Below are positions 9,456-19,404 of a stretch of 64,000 nucleotides of DNA, one piece after another. A model generated the notes under the pieces. It worked only from the letters and a program-made list of their open reading frames with translations, did no database searches and was not told the origin of the DNA. Position 1 is the first letter of the stretch; every line of letters starts with the position of its first letter. A program made the position numbers and the translations under genes. This DNA comes from an uncultured delta proteobacterium (lineage in GTDB: Bacteria; Myxococcota_A; Polyangia; Polyangiales; Polyangiaceae). The DNA lies in NCBI GenBank assembly GCA_963763505.1, contig CAVXOZ010000009.1, forward strand, positions 463,596 to 527,595. The letters are read 5' to 3'.

Positions 9456-10397
9456 TCAAACGAGCCGGGCCAGCCTCCGTCCCGCGGCAGCCCGCTCCTT
9501 CCCGAGGCTGGGTGCGTTCCACTCACCGGCTCGCGCGAGATGCCGCGACAAGAGGACGCATACCCACATTCGAAACGGCCTCCACGCCTCGGCCAACCGC
9601 TCGAATATCTCCGGAGACGGTGAATCGAGGCCGTAGGCGTGGGCCAGCCCGTGAAGCACTCGTGGCTCGGCCATCGGGAGGCCGTCGTGCGGCGCTGCAC
9701 CTCGATAGAAGATGTGGCTCGCGGTCCAGGGGCCCAGGCCCGGGAGCGACTGGAGCTCGGCGAGCGCGTCCATCTCGGTCATCGCTCGCAGGCGTTCCGC
9801 ATCGAGTTTGCCTTCGAGCGCCGCGCGCGCGACGCCCTTAAGTCGCGCGAGCTTTTGGTCCATGAGCCCCGCCACGCGGTCGATGCTGACGACCGCGCGC
9901 GGCGAGGGAAAGACGTGATGGATGACGCCGCGCAGCTCGACGGCGTCGCCGTAGTCCCGCGCGATCGCCATCTTGAGCTTCGCGGCCGCTCCGATGTGCA
10001 TGCGCGGCGCGATGACCCCCCAGACGGCCGCCTCGTACGGGGAGGGCTTCGCTGCCGTGAAGAAGCCGGGGAACTCGGCTTGCAAGCGGCCCACGACCGG
10101 GTCGCGTCGGCCCAGGGAAGTCCACGCCGCGGCGTCCGCGTCGAGCCCCAGGATTCGCGCGACCTGGCGCGTCATCGCCAGCGTGTCGGTCGTCCCGGAG
10201 CATTCGCCGACGAGAGTGTCGCCCTCTTCTCGAAGGGCGACGGCTACCGGGTCGAAGGCGCCGTCAAGGCCGAATGCGAGCGTGAGGCCGTCCAAGGCGG
10301 CGGCGGCCATGCCGGTCCCCGGCACGAAGTCCGCGTAGAAGACGGACGCGGCGTTCAGCGAGAAGGCGCTGGGCCTGGGGATGCGAATGGTGGTCAT
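9456..10397 (-). CDS. DNA-3-methyladenine glycosylase II / AlkA-like HhH-GPD base-excision repair protein
   Basis: HhH-GPD motif ELQSLPGLGPWTASHIFYRG with a conserved Asp in the downstream loop (AlkA-like). Tightly linked to the YafY gene. Confidence 0.7.
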   Translation of the reverse strand: MTTIRIPRPSAFSLNAASVFYADFVPGTGMAAAALDGLTLAFGLDGAFDPVAVALREEGDTLVGECSGTTDTLAMTRQVARILGLDADAAAWTSLGRRDPVVGRLQAEFPGFFTAAKPSPYEAAVWGVIAPRMHIGAAAKLKMAIARDYGDAVELRGVIHHVFPSPRAVVSIDRVAGLMDQKLARLKGVARAALEGKLDAERLRAMTEMDALAELQSLPGLGPWTASHIFYRGAAPHDGLPMAEPRVLHGLAHAYGLDSPSPEIFERLAEAWRPFRMWVCVLLSRHLARAGEWNAPSLGKERAAAGRRLARLV

Positions 10398-10527
10398 CGG
10401 GTTCCTCTGAGGCAAAGGAGTACGGCCCGGCTCTGTCAGCCGTGTGTCAGGTTTCTTCGCCGGCCGTCGTCCTGGCGAAGCCGGAGCTCCCTTGCGCCGA
10501 TGGGCATGACATGGCCATTATTCAGCC

Positions 10528-10827
10528 ATGGGCATCGAGCGCAACAACAGCTTCCACCTGCTCCTCTCCGACGACGAACTGAAGCTCCTCAAGCTCCTCG
10601 CCGAACGCGATGGGCTGAACGCCTCGGACTACTTGCGGATGCTGATCCGAATGATGCCGAGCACCAACGCGCCCAACATCGGGCAGGCGATGCGGCTCGG
10701 AGCGACGCTCGGCCACCTCGGTCGTACCGGCCAGGTCGATCTGGCCAAGGTCTTCGAGGCCCACACGGATTCCGTCAAGCTGGCCAAGGCGGACCTTCAG
10801 GAGACCAGGAAGAAGAAGGCGAAGTGA
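10528..10827 (+). CDS. Small ribbon-helix-helix (CopG/antitoxin-like) protein, hypothetical
   Basis: 99 aa. The ASDYLRMLI motif is typical of RHH DNA-binding proteins. No partner toxin lies adjacent. Confidence 0.5.
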   Translation: MGIERNNSFHLLLSDDELKLLKLLAERDGLNASDYLRMLIRMMPSTNAPNIGQAMRLGATLGHLGRTGQVDLAKVFEAHTDSVKLAKADLQETRKKKAK

Positions 10828-10911
10828 CTTCCCGCCGCGTGCTGAGACCGATTCGGGCACGCTTGGTTCGTGATGGAGAAGCGACTCGGCCCCGCTCCCC
10901 GTACCGCGTGA

Positions 10912-12009
10912 CTACTGCAGCGCCGCCCGCACCGTCGCGCACGTCGCGCCGGCCGGGAGACGCACGGACGTGAAGGTCGTCGTCCCGGACGGGGCGAAGA
11001 CGGGCTGCGTGTTGTCGACGAAGCTCGCCTGCGCGTCGTCGCAATCCCCGCCGTCCACGAGCTCGCATCCGATGACGTGGGAGTTGATCGCGTACTGTCC
11101 CGCAATCTGCGGTATCGATATCGTACCCGTGACGTCGTCGCAGTCCGTGACCGTCCCCGTGACCTCCGTGACCTGCCGGATCGCGACGTAGAGTTTGTCG
11201 GCCAAGACCACTGGTTGAAACGGCACCGGGATGCCGACCGGGATGTACGAGTACGAGCCCGCGTCGCTCGGCGGCGGAACAGCGCCCTGCGCCGCGTTGA
11301 CGGTGACCCCCGGCTTGCCATCGTGGTCGGGGTCCGTCGCGGTCGTGACGGTCGCCGGCCAGGGGTCGGTTGCGGGGTTGGCCATCGTGAGTCCGAGCAA
11401 CGCGGCGCTCGCGGCTGCCCGGTAGGTCGCGCCTGGGGCGGAGCTCGTCACGGTCGCGTCGACCTGGAAGGTCGGGAGGAGGTTGCCGGCGAAGAGCGCG
11501 TCCGGAAAGAGCACCCCGTACGCCTGACCGGCGACCACCGCCGTCCCCTGGAAGCCTGGCAGATCGATGCCGCACACCACCGTCGTGTCTTCCAGGCTGG
11601 TTGCATGCTGCACCCGAACGCCCTTGATCCATTGCCTGATCGTTCCGGAGCCCGGCGCTAGAAGGAACGTCTGCAGGTTCAATCCCGCCGGGGCCCAGCT
11701 GACGTCGATGGTGACCAGGCTCCCCCACGTACCCGTGAAGTCGCACGCGACCGCCGCAGCTTCGGAGGGGGTCGAGCCACCGTCACGTCCGCGATCGCCG
11801 CCGCTGCCGGGTCTGAACATACCATCGGGTAGGTCGACGGGAGCTGCATCGGTGACGGCGGCGCCTCCGTCGTCGCTGCCGCTCCCCTTGAAGCCGTCGC
11901 CCGCATCGTCGACGAATTCCTCACCTGCGAGGTCCAGGCCGCAGGCCGTCGCGAGACCCGCGGACCCTATGGCCACCGAAACGAAGCCCGCACCAACCCA
12001 CCGTGTCAT
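10912..12009 (-). CDS. Hypothetical lipoprotein
   Basis: Start MTRWVGAGFVSVAIGSAGLATACG (lipobox) at 12009. Gly/Asp-rich linker and then a Thr/Val-rich beta-type domain. No motif recognised. Confidence 0.55.
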   Translation of the reverse strand: MTRWVGAGFVSVAIGSAGLATACGLDLAGEEFVDDAGDGFKGSGSDDGGAAVTDAAPVDLPDGMFRPGSGGDRGRDGGSTPSEAAAVACDFTGTWGSLVTIDVSWAPAGLNLQTFLLAPGSGTIRQWIKGVRVQHATSLEDTTVVCGIDLPGFQGTAVVAGQAYGVLFPDALFAGNLLPTFQVDATVTSSAPGATYRAAASAALLGLTMANPATDPWPATVTTATDPDHDGKPGVTVNAAQGAVPPPSDAGSYSYIPVGIPVPFQPVVLADKLYVAIRQVTEVTGTVTDCDDVTGTISIPQIAGQYAINSHVIGCELVDGGDCDDAQASFVDNTQPVFAPSGTTTFTSVRLPAGATCATVRAALQ

Positions 12010-12419
12010 GCCCTTCGAGATGGCGATCCCCCGATCCGGAGAAGGTGCAGCGCATGCGTCTCCGGGCAAGGGTGCGCCTTTCGCCCGCAGAATTGAACGG
12101 AGTCCCTTCACCTCCCTTACTGTGTCGACCCGTCATGAAAGCGATCAAACGGGGCGAACGTGCGTTCCGCGGCGCTCTCATGGGTCTTCATCGAACAACT
12201 CTACGGGCCCCTACTCCGCAGATCATCGTCCGAATCGGGCATTCGCTGTCCTTTTCGGCCAACCCGGCGATCCACGCGAAGCGCGCCGTCGGCGCACGAC
12301 GAGTTCGCTCCGACATCCGCGGCGCCCCCGTCTGTCTCATTCCCGTCCCTGGGGCTTGCCTGGGACACGCGGACCTCAACGCCGGCGTCTGGTGGGGCAC
12401 TTAGCTTGAGCGAGTTCGG

Positions 12420-13475
12420 ATGAGCGTTTCTATCTTCCTGGTGCGCGCAGTGTGCGAAGCAGCGGAGCGATCCGCCGCCGCGCGCGCGGACTTGCGCGCT
12501 CGGATCCCTTTCGACTGGCGCCGCCTCGAAGACCCGGAGACCCGGCTCGAGTTCGAGCAGTTCGAGCAGGTGCTGTCGGCCGCCGTGGCCGTGACGGGCG
12601 ACGACGCGCTCGGCCTTCACGTCGCGGAGCAGATGCCAGAAGGCGCCGTCGATCTGCTCGGCCATCTGGCGGCGCACGCGCCCACCATGAGGGAAGCGAT
12701 CGTGATCGCATCGCAATTCGTGAGTCTCGCGATGGACGGCGTGCTGCTCGCCGTCCGTGACGAGGAGGACACGTTCGTCGTCCGTTACGCATTCCCGCGC
12801 TCGACGCCGTTGTCCGATCGCGTGCTCGCCGAGCTTCTGATGGGAGGGGTGGTCCGATTGGCCCGGTCCTTCACCGGCCCGCGCGCCATCCCGCGGCTCG
12901 CATGCTTCGAGCACGAGCGACCGGACCATCACCGCGAGTACACACGCATCTTTGGCGGCAACCAGCGATTCGGCCAAGGTGTGACGTCGATCACCTTCGA
13001 TCGCGAGATCGCGGATCGGCCGCAAATGCACCAGCATCCCGAGCTCTACGATCTGTTGCGAGCGGAGGCCCAGCGCAGGCTCGACCGGAGGACCACGGGC
13101 GTGCGCCCGGCCACTCGCCTGCGTCAATACTTGCTGGCCATGGCGCCTTCGCGCATTCCTGAGATATCGGCGGCGGCGCGCGATCTCGGAATGAGCGAAC
13201 GATCGCTGCGGCGGCGTCTCACCGCGGACGGTACGTCGTACCGCGACGTCGTCCAGTCGGCGCTCGAAGCCTCGGCGGGTCGCATGCTCCGGGATTCGGC
13301 CCACTCGATCAAAGAGACCGCCGTTGCCCTTGGCTTTGCGGACGCAGCGGCGTTTCACCGCGCCTTCAAGCGCTGGACCGGTATGACGCCCGGCGAGTAC
13401 CGACGGATTCGCGGAGGCCCAGTTCAACCTGTGATCGCTGCCCGGTCAGGTCCAGGCGGTAGACGCGGCGCGTAG
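12420..13475 (+). CDS. AraC family transcriptional regulator (AraC-binding-like N-domain + HTH_18)
   Basis: C-terminal IKETAVALGFADAAAFHRAFKRWTGMTPGEYRR is the canonical AraC HTH signature. The antisense ORF 12201..13427 is Arg-rich junk. Confidence 0.8.
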   Translation: MSVSIFLVRAVCEAAERSAAARADLRARIPFDWRRLEDPETRLEFEQFEQVLSAAVAVTGDDALGLHVAEQMPEGAVDLLGHLAAHAPTMREAIVIASQFVSLAMDGVLLAVRDEEDTFVVRYAFPRSTPLSDRVLAELLMGGVVRLARSFTGPRAIPRLACFEHERPDHHREYTRIFGGNQRFGQGVTSITFDREIADRPQMHQHPELYDLLRAEAQRRLDRRTTGVRPATRLRQYLLAMAPSRIPEISAAARDLGMSERSLRRRLTADGTSYRDVVQSALEASAGRMLRDSAHSIKETAVALGFADAAAFHRAFKRWTGMTPGEYRRIRGGPVQPVIAARSGPGGRRGA

Positions 13476-13563
13476 CTACGGGACCTGCGTCGGATACGCG
13501 AGGACCGTCGTGACCGTCCCTGCGCGGACGGCGGCGTCGACCTGGAGGATAGCGGGCGCGAAA

Positions 13564-13575
13564 CGAACGCGTTCG
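13564..13575. promoter_or_regulatory. Perfect 12-bp palindrome cgaacgcgttcg about 90 bp upstream of the 13666 start
   Basis: Seen directly in the intergenic region between the AraC-family gene and the large secreted protein. A candidate operator; function unknown. Confidence 0.25.
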
Positions 13576-13665
13576 CGGGCCAGGCCGCTGGACTTCGCAC
13601 TAGCCATTTCGAACAAATGACTATAGCTGCCGCGAGACCTCCGTGAAAGGGAGAGGGCGGGCGAC

Positions 13666-16600
13666 ATGTCACCGAGCCAACCGCGTCATCTCTACGGGCT
13701 TGCCGTACTTTCGGCGGCGATCCTCCTCGATTGCACGAAGGCCGACGTTCCCCCGTCGAACGGGGGCCTGGAAATCGTCCTCGAGAGCGACATGTCGATC
13801 CCGAAGGACATCGACCACGTGCGCCTGACGGTCCGCCAGCAAGGGCAGTCGCTCTTGCAAGTGGACCGGGACGTGGGTCCGAAGGCCCTCCTGATGCCGG
13901 CCTCGTTCGACGTGAAGTCGAACGGCGATGGCGCTCCGGTCGCGGTCCAGGCCGTCGCCTACAAGAACGGTCAGGCCCGCGTAGAGCGCGACGCAGTCAC
14001 GCCGATTCCGCCGGACCACGTCGGCGAACTGCGCCTTCCGCTGAACTATCTCTGCGTCGGCACCGCGCAGTCGGATGCCGACGGCGGCGTGAGCTCGACG
14101 TGCCCGGACGGGCAGACGTGCTCGCAAGGGGCGTGCGTGACGGCGGTCGTTCCGCCGTCGGCCGTGCCCGCGGTCAGCGCGGGAACCGGAGATACCGGCG
14201 CGGGTGCAGACAGCGGACCTCCGGCGACGGCGGGCGCCGACGCGGGAGCGGGTGCCGATTGCTTCGACGTGTCGACGTGCTTGATGGCGGCCGCGCCAGC
14301 CACGGTCGACGCGGCACACTGCACCGTGACGCTGCCGCCTGGCGCGCACTCGGCCAGCGTGAACGTCGCGCTGCAGTTCCCCATCGGGGGCCCCGGGGTG
14401 TGCGGGGTCGATGCGTGCTGGGTGGTGCTCACGGACTGGACGCTGAAGGGCACGCAGATCCAGCTGCCGCAGGCCGCATGCACAATGGCGGCCGCGCAAG
14501 GGGCGAGCCTGGTGATCAGCACGACTTGCGCGACGCAGACCGACTCGGTGCCTGTCTGCGGGCCGTGGTCCTCCGCGACGACGCCAATCACGGAGCCCGC
14601 GACGGGGGGGCCGATCGGGCAGGCTTGCACGACGGCCTTGAGCCAGTCGTGCGGTCTGTGTGGCACTCAGACGCGTACGTGCGTCGAAGGAAACCCGTCG
14701 GCCTGGTCGGCGTGCATGGGCGAGGGCGTGTGCGCGGCGGGCGCGACGCAGGCCTGCGGCACGGGCGGCACCCAGACCTGCGATGCCACCTGCCAATGGG
14801 GAGACTGCGGCTGTCCGAACGGCCTCATCGCGTGTGGGGCGCCCGGCACGTGCGTATCGCCGGACGACGTTCACACGTGCGGCTCGTGCAGCAACGACTG
14901 CTCGGCGCTGCCTCACGTGACCGGCTCCACGACGTGCGCGGCCGGGGCATGCGCCTTCGCGTCGTCGTGCGCCGCCGGCTACGCGGACTGCGACGGCGAC
15001 CCGACGAACGGCTGCGAGACCGACATCACGCAAGCGAGCCACTGCGGCGGCTGCAACACCAGCGCCAAACCCACGGCCTGCTCCGGAGCGACCCCGCTCT
15101 GCTCGCCCTCGGCCGCGACGTACGAGTGCGTCTCCGGTTGCTCTTCGAGCATGCCGACGCTGTGCAGCGGCACGTGCGTCAACACGACCAGCGACCCGAA
15201 AAACTGCGGGACCTGCGGCAACACCTGCAACCTGGCGCACGCGACCGCGTCGTGCGGTAACGGCAGCTGCGTCGTCGCCGCGTGCGCCGCCGGCTACGCC
15301 GATTGCGACGGCGATCCGACGAACGGTTGCGAGACCGACATCACCCAGGCGGCCCACTGCGGCGGGTGCAGCACGACGGCGAAGCCCACCCTGTGCTCCG
15401 GAGGGACCCCCGTCTGTTCGCTCTCGGGGACCACGTACCAGTGCATTTCCGGTTGCCCTTCGAGCACGCCGGCGCTGTGCAGCGGCGCGTGCGTCGACAC
15501 GACGAGCGACGCAAACAACTGCGGGGGCTGCGGAAGCGCCTGCAACCTGGCGCACGCCACCGCCGCGTGCCGTTCCAGCAGCTGCGCGGTCGCGTCGTGC
15601 AGCGCCGGCTACGCCGATTGCGACGGCAGCCCGACGAACGGCTGCGAGACGGACATCACCCAGGCGGCCAATTGCGGCGGCTGCAACACCACCGCGAAGC
15701 CGACGGCCTGCTCCGGTGGGACCCCCCTCTGCTCGCTCTCGGGAACGACGTACGAGTGCGTCTCCGGCTGCTCCTCGAGCATGCCGACGCTGTGCAGCGG
15801 CACCTGCGTCAACACGACGACCGACGCGAACAACTGCGGGGCCTGCGCCAGCGCGTGCAGCCTGGCGCACGCCACCGCCGCGTGCCGTTCCAGTAGCTGC
15901 GCCGTCGCGTCGTGCACCACCGGCTTCGCCGATTGCGACGGTAGCCCGACGAACGGCTGCGAGACGGACATCACCCAGGCAGCCAATTGCGGCGGCTGCA
16001 ACACGACCGCGAAGCCCACCGCGTGCTCCGGCGGCATGACCTGTCAGAGCGGCGCATGCGCGTGCCCCAGCACCTTCCACTCGTGCAGCGGGACGTGCAT
16101 GAGCAACACGTCGGTCGCCAGCTGCGGCTCGTCGTGCGTCGCGTGCACGGCGCCGACCGGAGGGAGCGCGACGTGCAACGGCACTTCGTGCGGGACCAGC
16201 TGTCCGAGCGGCGAGACCGTGTGCAGCGGGGCGTGCGTCAACCTGAACACCAGCACGAGCAACTGCGGATCCTGCGGCAAGGCCTGCGCGGGGACGTGCT
16301 CGGGAGGGACTTGCACACTCCCGACCGCCACGGCCATTGCCGCCGGTAGCCAGGATTCGTGCGCGCTCATGTCCGACGGGACGGTCCGATGTTGGGGCGC
16401 CAACAGCCAGGGCCAGCTCGGCAACGACACGACGACCGATTCGTCGAAGCCCGTCACGGTCTCCGGCCTGAGCGGCGCGACGGCAATCGCGGCGGGCTAC
16501 CAGATGGCGTGCGCGCTGCTCTCGGGCGGAACCGTCGAGTGCTGGGGCGGTAACGACCAAGGCCAGCTCGGCAATGGCACGATGACGGCTTCCTCGACGC

Positions 16601-17376
16601 CCGTCGCCGTCTCCGGCCTGACGGGCGTCACGGCGATCGCGACCACCGCGGAGGCCGAGCACGTCTGCGCGCTGCTCTCGGGCGGTACGGTCAAATGCTG
16701 GGGGTTGAACGCCCACGGCGAACTTGGCAACAACAGCACGAGCAGCTCCCCGACCCCGGTCACGGCCTCCGGGGTGACGGGCGCCACGGCGATCGCCGTG
16801 GGCGCGGACCATACATGCGCGCTGATCTCCGGCGGAACGGCGAAGTGCTGGGGGTTCAACACGTTCGGTCAGCTCGAAAACGGGTCGACGGCAACGACGT
16901 CGACGCCCGGGGCGGCCTCGGAGCTGAATGGTGCCACGGCCATTGTCGCCGGCGGCAACCACACGTGCGCTTTGATGTCCAACGCCACGGAAGTGTGTCG
17001 CGGAGACGATACCGACGGGGAGCTCGGCGACGGACAGATGACCAACTCGTCGGGAGGGATTGCGGTGAGCGGCCTGAGCGGCATCACGGCCTTTTCCGCA
17101 GGGAACATCCACGGCTGCGCCGTGATCGCGGGCGGCGCCGTCGACTGCTGGGGGGAAGACAACTTCGGGGAACTCGGCAACGGAAACACGGCGCCTTCCG
17201 CGACCCCCGTGGCCGTGTCGAACTTGAGCGGCGCCACCGCCGTCGCGGCGGGGGACGATCACACGTGCGCCCTGCTCCCCGCCGGTGTCATCGACTGCTG
17301 GGGGGACAATGGCAACGGGGAACTCGGCAACGGGACGACGACCCAATCGTCCGTCCCCGTGACCGTGAGCTTCTGA
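13666..17376 (+). CDS. Large secreted modular protein: N-terminal domain, 3.4 tandem Cys-rich modules and about 8 RCC1 (regulator of chromosome condensation)-type blades
   Basis: RBS gggaga precedes ATG 13666; signal peptide MSPSQPRHLYGLAVLSAAILLDC. Cys-rich modules CAAGYADCDGDPTNGCETDITQA.HCGGC... repeat every 106 aa. The C-terminal repeats CWG.N..GQLGNG....S..PV.VSGL.G.TAIA.G..H.CAL are RCC1-like. The antisense 1225-aa ORF is an artefact. Confidence 0.85.
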   Translation: MSPSQPRHLYGLAVLSAAILLDCTKADVPPSNGGLEIVLESDMSIPKDIDHVRLTVRQQGQSLLQVDRDVGPKALLMPASFDVKSNGDGAPVAVQAVAYKNGQARVERDAVTPIPPDHVGELRLPLNYLCVGTAQSDADGGVSSTCPDGQTCSQGACVTAVVPPSAVPAVSAGTGDTGAGADSGPPATAGADAGAGADCFDVSTCLMAAAPATVDAAHCTVTLPPGAHSASVNVALQFPIGGPGVCGVDACWVVLTDWTLKGTQIQLPQAACTMAAAQGASLVISTTCATQTDSVPVCGPWSSATTPITEPATGGPIGQACTTALSQSCGLCGTQTRTCVEGNPSAWSACMGEGVCAAGATQACGTGGTQTCDATCQWGDCGCPNGLIACGAPGTCVSPDDVHTCGSCSNDCSALPHVTGSTTCAAGACAFASSCAAGYADCDGDPTNGCETDITQASHCGGCNTSAKPTACSGATPLCSPSAATYECVSGCSSSMPTLCSGTCVNTTSDPKNCGTCGNTCNLAHATASCGNGSCVVAACAAGYADCDGDPTNGCETDITQAAHCGGCSTTAKPTLCSGGTPVCSLSGTTYQCISGCPSSTPALCSGACVDTTSDANNCGGCGSACNLAHATAACRSSSCAVASCSAGYADCDGSPTNGCETDITQAANCGGCNTTAKPTACSGGTPLCSLSGTTYECVSGCSSSMPTLCSGTCVNTTTDANNCGACASACSLAHATAACRSSSCAVASCTTGFADCDGSPTNGCETDITQAANCGGCNTTAKPTACSGGMTCQSGACACPSTFHSCSGTCMSNTSVASCGSSCVACTAPTGGSATCNGTSCGTSCPSGETVCSGACVNLNTSTSNCGSCGKACAGTCSGGTCTLPTATAIAAGSQDSCALMSDGTVRCWGANSQGQLGNDTTTDSSKPVTVSGLSGATAIAAGYQMACALLSGGTVECWGGNDQGQLGNGTMTASSTPVAVSGLTGVTAIATTAEAEHVCALLSGGTVKCWGLNAHGELGNNSTSSSPTPVTASGVTGATAIAVGADHTCALISGGTAKCWGFNTFGQLENGSTATTSTPGAASELNGATAIVAGGNHTCALMSNATEVCRGDDTDGELGDGQMTNSSGGIAVSGLSGITAFSAGNIHGCAVIAGGAVDCWGEDNFGELGNGNTAPSATPVAVSNLSGATAVAAGDDHTCALLPAGVIDCWGDNGNGELGNGTTTQSSVPVTVSF
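14950..16020. repeat. 318-bp tandem repeat, about 3.4 near-identical copies, inside the 13666..17376 CDS
   Basis: Repeat starts at about 14977, 15295, 15607 and 15919, each with gccggctacgc[gc]ga[ct]tgcgacgg.... The encoded 106-aa modules are more than 85% identical. RCC1 units of 156 bp follow from about 16320 to 17370. Confidence 0.85.
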
Positions 17377-17476
17377 CCCCCCGCTCGCTACGCTTCGCGC
17401 CGGCCCGGTGACTCGCAGTCACTGCAAGCGGATGCGCCTGCGCTCGCGCGGCGCCAGAGTCCGTTCCAATTCCTAG

Positions 17477-18871
17477 TTAGGCGGCCGCCACGGAACGGAG
17501 CTCGCCCGCCAGCTCCGTCATCGACTGGTACCGCTCCTCTCGCGGCCGACGCAGGCACTTGAGGATGACGGCTTCGACTCCCGGCGGGACTTCCTCCTTG
17601 AGGCGCGCCCGGAGCGGCAGCGGAGGCTTGGTCATGACGTTGGCGAAGAGAGCCAGGTGACCATTGCCCCCAAACGGGGTGTCGCCCGCGAGGATTTCGT
17701 AGAGCAGAACCCCCATCGACCAGATGTCGGCGCGCAGGTCCACGTCGGTCGCGGCCATCATCTGCTCAGGGGACATGTACGCCGGCGAGCCGACGACCTT
17801 TCCCATGCTCGTGATCCTCGATCCGCCCGCCTCGTCGCCCACGGCGATCCCGAAATCGATCACCTTCACGAGGGGGCCCGCGCCCTGGCCAGCGTCGGCG
17901 AGAAACACGTTGGATGGCTTGACGTCGCGGTGGACCACGCCGAGGGCGTGGGCCTCGGCGATGCCCTCGCACGCGTCGGCGCACCAGGCGAGCGCCTGCC
18001 GGTAGGGTACGCGACCCTGTGTCTCGACGAGGCGGCCTAGGTCGGTGCCTTCGAGGTACTCGAGAGCGAGGTACGGCAGGGCGCCCTGCGTGGCGTCGAG
18101 ATTGCCGACATCGAGGAGCCGGCCGACGTGGGGACTGTGCAGCCGCATGAGGACGCGCGCCTCGCGCACGAACCGCTCGAGAACCTCCTCGTGATTCCGC
18201 CACTCGGGCAAGAGCACCTTGAGGGCGGCGCGGATCCCCCCGCGGTCCCGCGCCTCGAACACGGCACCCGACGCGCCGCGGCCCAGCTCACGGATCACCT
18301 GCCACCGGCCGGCGATCGTCGCTCCCGGCCCGACCGGGAAAGGCGAGGCGGCAGGACCGGAACCACCACCATCGAGTTCGCGACGCAGGCGCAGCTCGCG
18401 CGCGACCTGCCGGGCGAGGCGCTCGAGCGCCGCGAGCTGCCGCGTGGTGAGCGTGCGCGGACGCGTGTCGGCGACAGAGAGCGCCCCGATTGCCGAGCCC
18501 TCCTCGACGAGCAAGGGGACGCCCGCGTAGAAGCGGATGTGCGGATTCCCCATGACGAGCGGGTTGTCCGAGAACCGCGCATCGAGGTGCGTGTCTTCGA
18601 TGACGAGCGGGTGCCGATGGTTGATGCAGTGACCGCAGAACGACAGGTCGCGCGCCGTTCCCTCCTGCTCGACGCCCACGCGTGCCTTGAACCATTGGTA
18701 GTCGGAGTCGACGAGCGTGATGAGGGCAATCTCGGTTCCGCAGAGGTCCGCCGCGAGACGCGCTACTTCGTCGAAGGCTTCCTCGGCCGGCGTGTAGATG
18801 ATGTTGCACGCCCTGAGGAGCGCAAGGCGTCTCTCCTCGTCGTCCGGAATCGGCGGCTCGATCATGGCCAT
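17477..18871 (-). CDS. GAF domain-containing Ser/Thr protein kinase
   Basis: N-terminal GAF (ALITLVDSDYQWFKARVG...FCGHCI). The kinase carries GRGASGAVFEA (Gly loop), ALK (VAIK-like), HRDVKPSNVFL, DFG and SPAYMSPE. Start is probably MAMIEPP at 18871 rather than 18910. Confidence 0.85.
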   Translation of the reverse strand: MAMIEPPIPDDEERRLALLRACNIIYTPAEEAFDEVARLAADLCGTEIALITLVDSDYQWFKARVGVEQEGTARDLSFCGHCINHRHPLVIEDTHLDARFSDNPLVMGNPHIRFYAGVPLLVEEGSAIGALSVADTRPRTLTTRQLAALERLARQVARELRLRRELDGGGSGPAASPFPVGPGATIAGRWQVIRELGRGASGAVFEARDRGGIRAALKVLLPEWRNHEEVLERFVREARVLMRLHSPHVGRLLDVGNLDATQGALPYLALEYLEGTDLGRLVETQGRVPYRQALAWCADACEGIAEAHALGVVHRDVKPSNVFLADAGQGAGPLVKVIDFGIAVGDEAGGSRITSMGKVVGSPAYMSPEQMMAATDVDLRADIWSMGVLLYEILAGDTPFGGNGHLALFANVMTKPPLPLRARLKEEVPPGVEAVILKCLRRPREERYQSMTELAGELRSVAAA

Positions 18872-18968
18872 CCTCGGGTACCACTTCCCGCGATGGCGCG
18901 CGAGAGCCATCCCGACACACTAAAGCCACCACTTGACAGTTTGGAAGGGGCGCCCAATACTCAAGCCG

Positions 18969-19331
18969 ATGCTGAACAATGCCGCGGTCGATCGCGTTTT
19001 CCACGCCCTGGCAGAGCCCACTCGTCGAGCCTTGGTAGAGCGTCTGAGCGCCGGACCCATGTCGGTCAGCGCCTTGGCGCAGCCGTTCGACCTCACCTTG
19101 GCGGCGATTGTGCAGCACCTTCAGGTCCTCGAAGAGAGCGGCGTCGTGCGAACCGAGAAAGTCGGTCGCGTGAGAACGTGCCGCATCGATTCGCGCGGCC
19201 TGAGCCTCGCCGAGCGCTGGCTCTCCGAACGCCGCGCCCTTTGGGAGCGCCGGCTCGATCGCCTGGGCGAACTGCTCGCCGAAGACGACGGGCAGCAGAA
19301 ACCACCGAGCAAGACAAAGAGGAGACCCTGA
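18969..19331 (+). CDS. ArsR/SmtB family transcriptional regulator
   Basis: VFHALAEPTRRALVERLSAGPMSVSALAQPFDLTLAAIVQHLQVLEESGVV is a winged HTH of ArsR type. Divergent from the kinase gene. Confidence 0.75.
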   Translation: MLNNAAVDRVFHALAEPTRRALVERLSAGPMSVSALAQPFDLTLAAIVQHLQVLEESGVVRTEKVGRVRTCRIDSRGLSLAERWLSERRALWERRLDRLGELLAEDDGQQKPPSKTKRRP

Positions 19332-19404
19332 CCGAAACCGCGGTCCCGAGGGCGCGCCGCCGAGGGGGACCGAGATTCGGAACGACACGACCTACCAGGA
19401 CATC

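Noticed and set aside
8741-10397. YafY(WYL)-containing region as an anti-phage defence island
   Set aside because: The only linked gene is an AlkA-type glycosylase. No nuclease, helicase or ATPase effector is adjacent.
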